A DNA stretch of 63,421 nucleotides, filler included, from Basidiobolus meristosporus CBS 931.73 (taxonomy: Eukaryota > Fungi > Basidiobolomycota): NCBI GenBank assembly GCA_002104905.1. It is 3 parts of 3 records of this genome, joined end to end, with 100 filler letters (N's around TTAATTAATTAA, not from the genome) between each part and the next. Parts side by side here need not be neighbours in the genome. Positions count along the whole stretch, not along the records: positions 31,922 to 52,492 come from MCFE01001003.1; 2 more parts are not named here. One strand, 5' to 3'. Positions 40,020 through 51,715 of this stretch are shown in pieces. How positions within the stretch are numbered: position 1 is the stretch's first letter; every line of letters starts with the position of its first letter. A program made the translations under genes and the position numbers. Under the pieces are notes generated by a model. It ran no database searches and was not told where the DNA came from. It saw nothing but the letters and a program-made list of their open reading frames with translations.

Positions 40020-40886
40020 AATACAGCTCTATCCAACAGAACAAGTCTAACACATTATGTAGCTCTCCTCAAACATCTAATGTGTTATCTAGTAATACCA
40101 CCAACAAAGGGGACTCACAAATGAACTGTAAACATATCTTAGAGAGCAATAATACCCAGCACTAGACTAGCAAAAGCCAAGCATATGGAATGACAAATAC
40201 CATCCTGGATACTTGGTGTAGCCAAGTATGCCAACTGATTCAGTTGCAGGTATAGGAAGTGATGCTTTGGCCTGAGAAACAGCATATTCCCACCAATGTT
40301 AGTTACAGGGTTTTGAGGAGTTACAGCTGCTTCTTGCCAAAATCATACTATATTGTAATATACCACATAAATAGTGTAGGTCTAGAAGTTTAATGAGGCT
40401 GACTAGATACTACCCAGCACCAGTACCAATACTGTGATGCATCAATAGCTGTATGACATTCTTACTCATGTATAGCACTATTACCAAATGCCCAACTTGC
40501 AACAAATCAACATCAAGTGGTGGCAAATACCCACCACATTCTGGATATATTTCATGATACCCTGTCCAAAGATACTGATGCAATCAAAAGAATACTGTCA
40601 AGCTTGACAGTACCATTGTCAATTTGAGTCAATCAAACAATTCAGGGAAATATTTGTTGGATCATATTACAGAGAACTAAAGAGTAAGGGCTTGTTCAAC
40701 GGTATTTTGTCAATTCCTTTGCCTTGGCACTTGTTAGATCCTATACTGACTAAACTCCTTGTTGGGATTTATGTAGTATATTTTCACCAAAACAGCAGGT
40801 ACCCAGAACAAGAGAATCCTCAAAGCTGTCCAAACAGCCCCAAGCTCTGAGCATATGTACTTGGGACCTTTTCAGCATATTAAGTG

Positions 40887-43800
40887 TGTTGTAAAAATTT
40901 GTATTTCCACCTAAATATTCACATAACTTAGTCACTTAGATCATCACCTTCAAATCCTAGAGAATACTGACCAAATTCCTTGTTGGGATTTACTTAGAAT
41001 ATTTTCACTAAAACACAAGGTACCCAGAACATGAAAATTCTCAAAGTTGTCCAAACAGCCCCAAACTTTGCACACATGTTCTTGGGACCTTCCTTAACCC
41101 ATTCTAAGTGGTTGTAATGCCAAGACCAGGTAAAAGTATAAATACTACTTTTACATTCAATAAATCATTGAGTGATAACCACATAATCAACTTGTTCTCC
41201 CAATCACTTCCAATATCTCCAAGACTCTTACAACAGGCTACAAGCCCCAAGCTGTCACTCTCTGCAATGTCTACTACTGCAGTTACTGGAATATTTCCCT
41301 GTGCTGAAAAGTTGGATGGATCTAACCACCAAGTATGGAAGGTGAAGATGAAGATGCTGCTACAAGAAAGAAGCCTTTGGGATATTGTCATGGGAGAAGA
41401 ATGCCCTCCTAAAAACGTGGGAGAGGAAGCCTTAAAGTACCAGAAGAAAGAACAAAGTGCCTTTAACTGCATTTGCCTTAATGTTAAAGACAAATTGCTA
41501 ATTCAATGCTCAACAGCAAAAACAGCAAAGAATGCCTGGAAGGCATAAGAAGCCACCTACCAGTCATGTTCAGCTGCTAAGAATATGTATCTGAGACAAA
41601 AATTCTTTACTACAAAGATGCTGCCAGGAGAGGACATGAAAAATCTAATTAACAGAATTACCCTGCTGGTAGATGAGATGGAATCTGTGGGCGTACCAAC
41701 TACTGATGTGGATGTGATAGTCATCATCCTAAATAGTCTGACAGACAAGTTTCAGGGCCTTGTATTGGCCCTAGAGTCCAGAACTGAAGATTTGACCTTA
41801 AATTATGTATATGGAAGGCTCCTGGATGAAGAATTAAGAAAATCAAGCACCAATACAAAGGAAGAAGAAAATGCTTTAATAAGCAATGATAACCAACAAA
41901 GGAGGTACTCAAGACCCTGCAAAGGCAACAGCAACCTATTTTGCAACTACTGCAAAAGGAAAGGAAAAACATCAGACCGGTGTCTCAAAAAGAAAGATAA
42001 TCAGCAAAAGAAGCCTGAATATGGAAATGCTGCAACAACTGAAGATAGACTATTCCTATCAGCACTTAATATGACCACAGACAAGGATTCTCAGACATGG
42101 TATATTGACTCTGGAGCATCTCATCATTTTACACATTAAAAAGAACTTTTTACCCAATATCAAGAAATTCCAATTAACAAGGCTTTCATAGGTGACAATA
42201 GAACACTTGATGCAGTGGGAGAAGGAACTATCCAAGTAAACCTAAGAAGCAGTGAATGAAGCCATACACTGACCTATAAAGAAGTACTCTATATACCAGA
42301 AATAGCCAGGAACCTACTATCTGTAAGCAAGGCCACTGCTGAAGGACTCAGTTTCAGCTTTGACAACTCTGGATGCAAGATCACTGATCAAAAGGGTGTC
42401 CATATTGCTTTAGGTATCAGAGATCAGCACCTATACAAGTTGACTTAGATTCCATTATATTTGTAAGCCAATATAAGTACCTTAAGTGAAGAAACATCAG
42501 TGCTTTGGCACAGGAGATTTGGGCACATCAATTTTGATTATTTGCATAATATGATCAAAGATCAGCTAATTTCTGGAGTGAAAATTGATCCCCCAGCTAA
42601 TTTGGAGCACTGTGAAGCCTGCATATATGGGAAACAAGCCAGACAACTGCTCAAGAGCTCTGGGTTAATCAAAACTAAGAAGAAGTTTGATCTAATTCAC
42701 TCAGATCTGTGTGGACCTATGCAAAATTTATACTTAGGTGGGATGAAGTATTTAATCACTTTTATTCATATTATACAAGATACACATGGGTCTACTTCAT
42801 GGAGAGAAAGGCAGAAGCTCTGTCTAAGTTCAGGGAGTTTAAAGCAATGGTGAAGAGAGAAACTGGTGAAAAAATCAAGAAAATACACTCTGGCAATGGT
42901 GGAGAATATACCTCAAAACTCTTCATCCTCTTCTGCAAAATTCATGGGATAAAGCAAGAGACCACTGTACCATACTCCCCACAGCAAAATGGAGTAGCAG
43001 AACATGCTAACAGATCAATAATTGATATAGTAAGATCTATGATCCATGATCAAATATTATCCTATAATTTTTGTGTGGAATCAGTTGCCACTGTTGTATA
43101 TCTTAAAAATAGGAGTTAAAACAGAATACTACGTGATTCTACTCCATTTAAAGCAATTGTCAGGATTGAATCAGAGCAAAACAATGAAAGTTTTTTCACT
43201 CCAGAGGACTCTACATCTGTGGTTCAGCCAGAATCAGTGCCCAGGAATATCCCAGAAGTGATCATTCCATCATCCAATGCCAGGAGGTCCAATCAGACAA
43301 GAAATAGCCCATATTACTATATCAATGAGGGTACAAACTTAGCCTATGCCTATTCAGTCCATAGTGATGAACCCCAGACTGTAAAAGAGGCCCTAAATAG
43401 CCCTCAGACAAAGTTTTGGAGATCTGCAATGACTGAGGAATATCAGGCTCTGATGGAAAATCAAGCTTGGGACTTAGTCAAATTACCAATCAACCAAAAA
43501 TCAATTGGATGCAGATGGGTCTTCAAGACAAAATACAAGGCTGATGGTACAATTGAAAGATACAAAGTAAGACTTGTAGCTAAATGATACTCTCAAACAA
43601 AAGGACTTGACTATACTGAGACCTTTGCACCGGTAGCCAAGTTTGAATCCATCAGATCAATATTGGCTATTGCAGCAAAATATAAGTTTTTTATACATCA
43701 AATGGATGTAAAAACTGCATTTTTGAATGGAGAACTTGATGAGGACGTGTATATGGACCAGCCTGATGGGTTTTCTGACCAAGATAACCTCCATATGGTC

Positions 43801-45299
43801 TGCAAGCTAAAAAAGTCACTACATGGTCTCAAACAATTGCCAAGAGCCTGGAATTGCAAGATAGATTCTTATTCAGAATCTTTGAGTTTCAAAAGGAGTA
43901 ATGCTGACTATAATATATACTATAAGCCAAATAGAGCAAACCCAGTTCTATTAGCTCTATATGTGGATGATCTTATTATAGCGGCCAATAACCTAGAAAC
44001 ATTGGAAAGACTAAATCCAGCCTATCTAAGGAGTTCAAGATGTCCAATCTAGGAGAACTTAGTTACTACTTAGGGATTAAGTTCTCCATAGACAGAAGTA
44101 CCCAGACTATCACCCTAAGTCAGTCCAAGTATATTCAAGATATAATAAAGAAGTACCAAATGGAAGACTGTAAACCGGCAGCTACCCCAATGTAGACAAA
44201 CCTTTACTGGGTCAAAACTCAACCAAATCAAGAGAGCTTTGTGCTATCTGAAAGCCCTGACTTTCCTTATCAATCTATGGTTGGCAGTCTGATGTATATC
44301 ATGCTTGGAACAAGTCCAGATATCTCATATTCAGTGGGAGTTGTCAGCCAATATAATCAGAACTATGGATCTGATCATATTGCAGCAGTTAAGCAGATTT
44401 TTAGATACCTAAAAGGAACTGCTGATATCTGCTTAAGATACACTTATAAGGATTCAGAACAGGATCTTGTGGGATACTCTGATGCTGATTGGGGACAAAA
44501 TTTAGAAGACAGAAGATCCACCACAGGATACACCTTTCTTTACTGTAAAGGAGCAATATCATGGAATTTAAGAAAGCAACCAACCGTAGCACTTTCTACC
44601 ACAGAGGCAAAGTACATGGCAGCCTGTGAAGCTACAAAAGAAGCAATGTGGCTAAGAAAACTTTTTACAGTTTTAGGCCTATGTCAAAAAACGCCTATTA
44701 CTTTATTTCAAGATAATCAAGGATGTATACAATTAGGTAGAAATCCAACTTTTCATGCTAGAACCAAGCATGTAGATATTAGACATCATTTCATATGTGA
44801 AGCTATAGAGAATAACTTGGTTAGCTTAGTTTACTGTCCTACAGATGAAATGATTGCAGACATATTTACCAAACCATTAGCTAGAGACAAGTTTGAATAT
44901 CTTAGGTCAAAATTAGGACTAGTCAGTATGACCATTTAGCTGAGTGGGAGTGTTGTAAAAATTTATATTTCCACCTAAATATTCCCCTAACTTAGTCACT
45001 TAGATCATCACCTTCAAATCCTAGAGAATACTGATCAAATTCCTTGTTGGGATTTACTTAGAATATTTTCACCAAAATACCAGGTACCCAGAACACAAAA
45101 ATTCTCAAAGTTGTCCAAACAGCCCCAAACTTTGCACACATGCTCTTGGGACCTTCTTTAACCCATTCTAAGTGGTTGTAATGCCAAGACCAGGTAAAAG
45201 TATAAATACTACTTTTACATTCAATAAATCATTAAGTGATAACCACATAATCTTCTTGTTCTCCCAATCACTCCCAATATGTCTAAGACTCTTACAACA
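40887..45299 (+). mobile_element. Full-length degenerate Ty1/copia LTR retrotransposon (4413 bp) inserted into an older diverged LTR
   Basis: 349-bp LTRs at 40887-41235 and 44951-45299 with TGTTGTAA/TTACAACA ends, TSD AAGTG on both sides, and PPT GCTGAGTGGGAG. Gag ATG at 41267. Internal stops and a deletion in the integrase C-terminal region. The host LTR halves are at ~40735-40886 and 45305-45442. Confidence 0.95.
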
Positions 45300-46125
45300 A
45301 AGTGTGCTTGTTTTGCTAAGATTACATAAAAGTATAAATGTGATTTTCACATTCAGTAAATTATAAAGTGAAAACCATAAAATAAACTTGTTGTCTACTT
45401 GCTCTGTTGATCACTTCTAATATCTCCAAGACTCTTACAACAAGAACACATATGGGGTGTAAATCAAGGATTGTCAGCAAGAGAAGCATCAGGTATTTAA
45501 TGTCAGTTAAGTGGCATATGTTGCTGGTGGACTTCTCTCCCATAGCATGGTTGTAATCAAGCTGCTGTCAATGACAGTATATAGAACTTGAATGTAGAAA
45601 GTTACTCTTTATTACCTTATTTGACCCCTTGTTCAAGATCTGTTGAGATTTGAATTATACTTTGACTATGATAAAAGCACTCATATAACTGTATGAAATG
45701 CCACAATCCCTCAATATATACTACAAGTTGCTAAAGAATTATGTCCTCATATACAGCACTAGGCATTACTTCAGCAAAGCATTATGTTGGGCATTGAAGT
45801 ATACCTGTTGGCAACTCATTACGGAAGAGAAAATCTCATTCATATAGGAGTAGGTATGTGGGTATATAGGCACTGTATAGCCAGACAACATGAGAATGAT
45901 AACTGCAACTATCTACAAACCCAATACTAGTAGATATCTTAATCCAGCTTGGTGATATCTTGAAATGAGTTTGTTTTATCTATCAGTTATATGTTGATTT
46001 TGTCTGTACAATACTTCGAATAGCAGCTCTGACTGTGACAAAGGAATTACTGGATTAGAGGCAAGTTTATTAATAGAGATTATAAATACATAATAGTAAA
46101 TACTGCTGTTACTCTGATCTATAAT

Positions 46126-46605
46126 TTACTGGCAATCACCATTGCCATTACTACCATTTCCGGAACCGTAGTCGCCAGCTCCGTTACCTCCATCTCCATT
46201 ACCTCCATTACCATTGCCACCGTTGTCATTGCCGTTACCACCATTTCCAGATTCATAGCCTCCAGCTCCGTTGCCGCCGTTACCATTTCCACTATTACCA
46301 TTGCTGTCTCCATTGCCGTCTCCACCATTTCCAGAGTTATAGGCACCAGCTCCGTTACCTCCGTTGCCATTTCCGTCTTCATTACCGCCATTTCCATTGC
46401 CATTATCACCATTTCCAGAGTCATAGGCACCAGCTCCGTTGCCACCGTTGCCATTTCCACCATTGCCGTTGGCGCCTCCACTGAATACATCTGTGACATC
46501 GTAAGCCCCGCCACTCCTAGCCTGCAGTCTTCTATCGAAAGCTGCGGCGTTGATTGCTGCCAAACCAGAGAGGAAGCACAAGATTCTAGGAGCGGAGAAT
46601 TTCAT
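46126..46605 (-). CDS. Small secreted Gly/Asn-rich repeat protein (159 aa)
   Basis: Signal peptide MKFSAPRILCFLSGLAAINAA, then a basic pro-segment (DRRLQAR) and about four repeats of GNG(N/D)GGNGAG(A/G/D)Y(D/N/E/G)SGNG. Confidence 0.75.
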   Translation of the reverse strand: MKFSAPRILCFLSGLAAINAAAFDRRLQARSGGAYDVTDVFSGGANGNGGNGNGGNGAGAYDSGNGDNGNGNGGNEDGNGNGGNGAGAYNSGNGGDGNGDSNGNSGNGNGGNGAGGYESGNGGNGNDNGGNGNGGNGDGGNGAGDYGSGNGSNGNGDCQ

Positions 46606-47363
46606 TCTAATGTAAAAGGAGATATACTACTGAGTGAGATGTCTTGATTTTACCAACTAGAGTGCTTATTTATAGCATAGCGCCCCTTGGCAATTACCCC
46701 TTACCCCACACACCATCTTGGTAAGCGAGGTGTCAGCCATCATATGCAACCACTTCAATGTCTCCAAGACTCTTACAACATCTAGCTCATCCTGACTAAA
46801 AGCCTAGTGCACAGCAGACCTATCAGGATAGAAGTTGAGCATTTCATTGGCCACCCTCCAGTATACACCCTATATCATATATTTTATGAATAACATGCAT
46901 CTGCGGAGTATATACTTCAGTCAGCCAAAAATATCTCTTCAATCCTACCATTGCTACCAATTAGATAAACTTCGGTCAAATTACCTATATCATACGCATG
47001 AATACTAAGAATATTTGTAAGAGCTTTGAGTGTTGAGATTATGTAGTTTGTCACCATTCGCCACCAAGGACTTGGAGATCATCAAACCAATGCTAAATCA
47101 GTGTAGGAGGACTTCTTTGCATTTCACCAAAATTTTACCTACCCGCAACAAGTCCCACTCTCCCGCAACTTGAGTCATGCGGAGTACCTTACTCTTACAT
47201 CGCTTTAGTTGGGCATTTTATGTATTAACAATGTACCAAACAACGCACTATCAAGAGTATACATGAGTATCACAACTACTTCAACGACAATAGAAAGATC
47301 AGATAGATGAACGTTTATGAATGAATATTTATTAGAGTACAATACAAACATCTAAGTAAGGAT

Positions 47364-48272
47364 TCAATTACGGAGGCCGAATACCAAGGATAGCAACATG
47401 TTGACACCCACCCACTTCTTTGCTCTCGGGCCCAATCTCTCGGCATGGGCAGCGTCTTCCACACCATCTTCAATCTTCTCCAGCAAGATGAACCCACACT
47501 CCTCGGCCTGTTCAATTAGGTTCTGAGCTGAGTGATTGGCGGAGTAGCCCACAACTTTTTCTCCGGTGTTAGGATTGTAAAAACCAGCGCTTGTCGCGTC
47601 ACCCATATCGGGATGCATGTTTGAGATGAACAGTTTTCCGGATTCTGGGTTCAAGCATTGCTTGGCAAATCTGAAAAAGTGGCTTGGATCTGGCAAATGC
47701 TCTAATACCAGGGTACTATATATGATATCAACATTCTTGGCCTGAGGTGGGATTGTGGGATTGCTGGTGATATCTTGCAAAATCCATGATACAGTGAGGC
47801 TGCCCTGGAAGCTAGAACGGGTGGGAAGATTGGCAAGGTCAGCCAGTTTGGCTTGAGCTTTGGACATCATTCCTTGGGAAACATCCATGGCGACAATATC
47901 CACCGTCTCCCAATGCGATGCTTGCTCAGCGAAGGGCGAGTCGGGGATTTCTTTTTGGATTCCCATGAGATTAAGAATGTTTCGCCCGGTACCACACCCG
48001 AAGTCCAGTAAGCGTATGCTTTTGCCGGAGGAGGCGGCAGACACGCCGCTCATTAGTCTGGGCAGTGCTTCTTTGAATCGAAGATCGTCAACCTTCTGGA
48101 GGACATTCCCGTCGTTGTCGTAAACCTAAGGGGGAACGGGAGTGAGCTGCATGAAACATCGAGAACACTTGGGCTTTCTCAGGCTTACCTCGGACCAGGA
48201 GTTGTAGAAATCATCCATCTGCTTAACGTAGACGACGTTTCCGGGCGTGCGGCTTCTTGGGACTTCACTCAT
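47364..48272 (-). CDS. Class I SAM-dependent methyltransferase
   Basis: Exon 48272-48189 (..FYNSWSE), intron 48188-48126 (GTAAGC..TTAG), then VYDNDGNVLQKVDD..LLDFGCGTGRN (motif I), AMDVSQGMM and DIIYSTLVLEHL. Confidence 0.9.
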
Positions 48273-48757
48273 TGTAACCTCGATGGCCGACCTCATTTTC
48301 AATACTGCTATTATAGTGAGAGGCATCAAATCCGCAATCATCCACAGTCGTTCCATTGAACGACCAGTATTCTCGATTAACCCATAACCATCCATATCAA
48401 TGTGTCTTGGGCCACCTATTGGCCAGCCGAGTGGCCAGTCGGGTGGCGCTGCTATATATCTGGTAATTGGCACCATTTGAATCTAATATTGAGGTGGTGA
48501 TCGATAAAGGTGATTGATCGACGAATCTGGCATATACAATTGTCAATCGTTCTCTCATGTGTAGGGCGAATCATAAGCCAGAATTGGATTTGGAGAAACG
48601 TACACAATAACCAACAGTAACAAATTCTAGCATGTTATAGAAGCAGTGAAATTTTATAAATTGATGTTGGGATATGTATTAGGACTATATAGTTGTACAT
48701 GCTTACAAAATGGTAAATAGGAACATTACGAGGGGTATAGCACAATGAACAAACGAT

Positions 48758-49669
48758 TTACATTTCGGCCAATTGATTTTGAATCACTGCCTTGTGGATA
48801 GCATTGCTACTAGAACCTTGCTCAAGTGGCATGAAAATCACCTTGGTTCCCGTGTTCTTACTCATCGAGCTCAAGGTTTCGAGATAACGGATCTGCATGG
48901 CTGCTGGAGTGTTGAGAATCTCCGCCGCCTCTCTCATCAACTTGGCCGAGTCCACTTCGGCTTGGGCGGAAATCACCTTCGACTCACCGATTCTCTTTTG
49001 GGTGGCTGCGCTGGAAAGCGACTCCTGTAGCTCCTTGGAGAACTCAAGATCCTTAATCAGGATGGATTCGATGGTGACTCCCCACTCTCTGGCTGGAATA
49101 TCGATCATCTCACGGATGTCATCAGCAATGGTCTCCCGATTCTCAATACAGTCTTGGAGGACTCGAGTTCCGAGAACCCCTCTGAGTGTGGTTTGTGTAC
49201 GCTCAATTAGAGCCTGGCGAACGTTGCCAACCCCAAATAATGATTGGTAAGGGTCCACTACATGATAGTAGACCACCGAGTCGATCTTGATGTTTACATT
49301 GTCCTTGGTCATGATGCGAATGTCCTCGATCAAGGCGATCTGCAACTTGATATCAACGCTATGCAGTTTCTCGGTGAAGACATTCACTGTGGTCAGACCT
49401 GGATCCACACATTTGTAGACTCGGCCGAAACGAGAGATCAGACCAACATAGCCTTGATCCACCTCCTTGTTGGGATTTGGACAGCAGAAACACCCAGGAA
49501 TAGAGCCAAGGGCCCCAAATAAATTTCCCAGGGACTGCATGGCAACCCCGTAGAAGCCCGCGACTGGCTCTGCTGGGATTTCTTTGGCAAACGACTTGGA
49601 CATTGCATGGCTACTTGGCTGAGTGGTCAAGGCCTCAGGCTGAGTGGATGAAGATGGCTTCTTGGACAT
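48758..49669 (-). CDS. SPFH/band-7 stomatin-like protein
   Basis: Intronless 303-aa ORF with GLISRFG, MTKDNVNIKIDSVVYY, RTQTTLRGVLG, WGVTIESILIKD and AAMQIRYLETL. Confidence 0.93.
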   Translation of the reverse strand: MSKKPSSSTQPEALTTQPSSHAMSKSFAKEIPAEPVAGFYGVAMQSLGNLFGALGSIPGCFCCPNPNKEVDQGYVGLISRFGRVYKCVDPGLTTVNVFTEKLHSVDIKLQIALIEDIRIMTKDNVNIKIDSVVYYHVVDPYQSLFGVGNVRQALIERTQTTLRGVLGTRVLQDCIENRETIADDIREMIDIPAREWGVTIESILIKDLEFSKELQESLSSAATQKRIGESKVISAQAEVDSAKLMREAAEILNTPAAMQIRYLETLSSMSKNTGTKVIFMPLEQGSSSNAIHKAVIQNQLAEM

Positions 49670-50576
49670 TGATTAGAAAGGATAGAGGTTTGGATGAATC
49701 GAGATAGAGGGGGTGCGCAGCTCTTATATAATTTGGACCTCCGAAACCTAGAAAATCCATAATGTGGGTGAGTGGCACCAAACTAATCACATGGATTCAG
49801 CAAGAAGATCCGGCTGTACAACGGAATGATGTGCTACGACCAATCAACCCGTTCCCTCTACCATGGCTGCCGGCTTTCGCCCAAACCGGTTTCTGTTTGC
49901 TCTTCATCGGTTGTATTATACTATCCATGAGGTTAGACACCTTCAGCGCAGTCCAATATAGAAATTCGCTTCTTGGCAGAAATCCCCCCCCCACAAGACT
50001 GTTTCTTACCCGCCTCTACCTGGTATCTACCGTGAGGGTAGCTTGCATGAATGGTAGATTGGAGCATTTGTGTCGTATTCACGATAATGCTAACTGCAGA
50101 GGTGCGATCTTTGATTTGAGCATTATCACTCACCACCACCACCACCACCACCGTCAGCTTAAGAGTGCCCATACCCTTCGGAAATGAATTACATTATTGC
50201 GTCCACAACAGCGGTGTTCTACACTCGAGACAGCCGGGGATGATGGTGTAGGATCGGACTCCTTTTCGGTCGCGTTGCGGTTCGGAACGTACCAGCATGG
50301 AAACGGAAGACACGAAACAACGCATAGATCAACGCGAGAACAGAGGAGGGGATATGGTAAACAAAGAGGTGAACTAGCTGTGCACGGTTTTCCCGGTTGA
50401 AAATCGCGTACACTGGCGCAAGGTGCCTTGTGGATCGCGAAAATCGGTGGATGGTTTTGGTAATAGACTAGGAAGGATTTAACCTAAACGGACCAAGTGG
50501 TTTGTTGGCCAAAAACAATGGAACTTATAAAAAATCCCGCCTTGCCTGGTTCCCATCATCCCCATCAGCCTCTAGA

Positions 50577-51344
50577 ATGTTGTCTACTGTTAGAATCATC
50601 GGCTCCCTCCTCGCCTTCCTTGCCACTGTGCATTCGGCGCCGGTCGATGAGCTGGTCCACAACATCGTCTTCAAAAACCAATGCACCCACAACGTATGGC
50701 TGGCGGCGTCGACCACCTGGGACAACACTCCCTTGCCTGCCAATGCGGGGCTACTCACCCCCGGAGAAACCTTCACCATCACTGTGGTGGATCAATGGCA
50801 AGGTCGGTTCTGGGGTAGAACAGAGTGTGATTTCCAGCACAAGAATATGACCACCAATACCGCCTGCGTCACTGGCGACTGTGGTTCTGGAGAAGAGTAC
50901 TGTGGCTATATCTCTGGCAGACCACCTGCCTCGTTGGCCGAGTTCACCTTCAACGGCTGGAATGACCTCGACTACTACGACGTATCTCTCGTGGACGGGT
51001 ACAACCTGCCAGTCTCCATTCAGCCCCATTCCAAGGTTAACAACTGGGGTAACCCCTTCTCGTGCGGAAGTCCCACCGTTGAGAAGGACATCAACCTCAT
51101 CTGCCCCGGTCCCCTTCAGATCCGGGACCACGATGGAAACGTGGTCGGTTGTGAGTCAGCGTGCACTGCCTTCGGGTTGCCTCAATACTGTTGCTCCGGC
51201 CCTGACAGCACACCCCAGAAATGTCACCCAACCAAATACTCCAAGCTGTTCAAGTCCGCTTGTCCATTCTGTTACAGCTATGCCTACGACGATGCCACCT
51301 CGATCTTCACCTGTCGCGGTGACTACACCGTCCAGTTTTGTTAG
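50577..51344 (+). CDS. Secreted thaumatin-like protein (PR-5/TLP)
   Basis: Signal peptide from the ATG at 50577. Motifs GRFWGRTEC..CVTGDCG, SLAEFT, DYYDVSLVDGYNLP, YCC and YSYAYDD. The acidic-cleft REDDD residues are present, with 16 Cys. Confidence 0.95.
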   Translation: MLSTVRIIGSLLAFLATVHSAPVDELVHNIVFKNQCTHNVWLAASTTWDNTPLPANAGLLTPGETFTITVVDQWQGRFWGRTECDFQHKNMTTNTACVTGDCGSGEEYCGYISGRPPASLAEFTFNGWNDLDYYDVSLVDGYNLPVSIQPHSKVNNWGNPFSCGSPTVEKDINLICPGPLQIRDHDGNVVGCESACTAFGLPQYCCSGPDSTPQKCHPTKYSKLFKSACPFCYSYAYDDATSIFTCRGDYTVQFC

Positions 51345-51633
51345 TTCGCGAAGGACTCGCCGTCCCCTCTGTACATAATTTAATTTAATTTAATCTAATC
51401 TAATCCAATCCAATCCGCAATAAACGAGATCCATTAATCTTTCCACCGGCCTCACCATTGTTGAATCTCATGCAGGTATCACATCCGATACCTAGGTCAC
51501 GTCAAGGATCATTGGGTTGAGGTTGGTTTGTTGAGCCCCGTCCGTCCGATGTGGGTTGTCACTACATACATCGTACGATGAAATGGTGCTTTGCTACCAT
51601 CATCCATCGTAGTACCAAATAGACATAAAATTT

Positions 51634-51705
51634 TGCCTACTGCCAGGATTGAACTGGCGACCTTCAGTTTACGAGACTGACGCGCTACCACTGCGCTAAG
51701 CAGGC
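51634..51705 (-). tRNA. tRNA-Thr(CGT) with an elongator-Met-like body
   Basis: Cloverleaf GCCTGCT-TA-GCGC-AGTGGTA-GCGC-G-TCAGT-CTCGTAA-ACTGA-AGGTC-GCCAG-TTCAATC-CTGGC-AGTAGGC-A, with all four stems paired. Confidence 0.92.
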
Positions 51706-51715
51706 TTCTGTAACT

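Noticed and set aside
23220-46010. Classical RIP as the cause of TE decay
   Set aside because: The loss is specific to CpG, while CpA/TpG are abundant. This fits 5mC deamination rather than Neurospora-type CpA RIP.
46119-46514. Met/Glu/Thr-rich 131-aa ORF
   Set aside because: It is the shifted-frame shadow of the GN-repeat gene and has no signal peptide or independent support.
46757-46781. Short copia LTR 3'-end match (TCTCCAAGACTCTTACAACA) upstream of the GN-repeat gene
   Set aside because: It is a real-looking fragment but only about 20 bp, too short to call an element or a regulatory exaptation.
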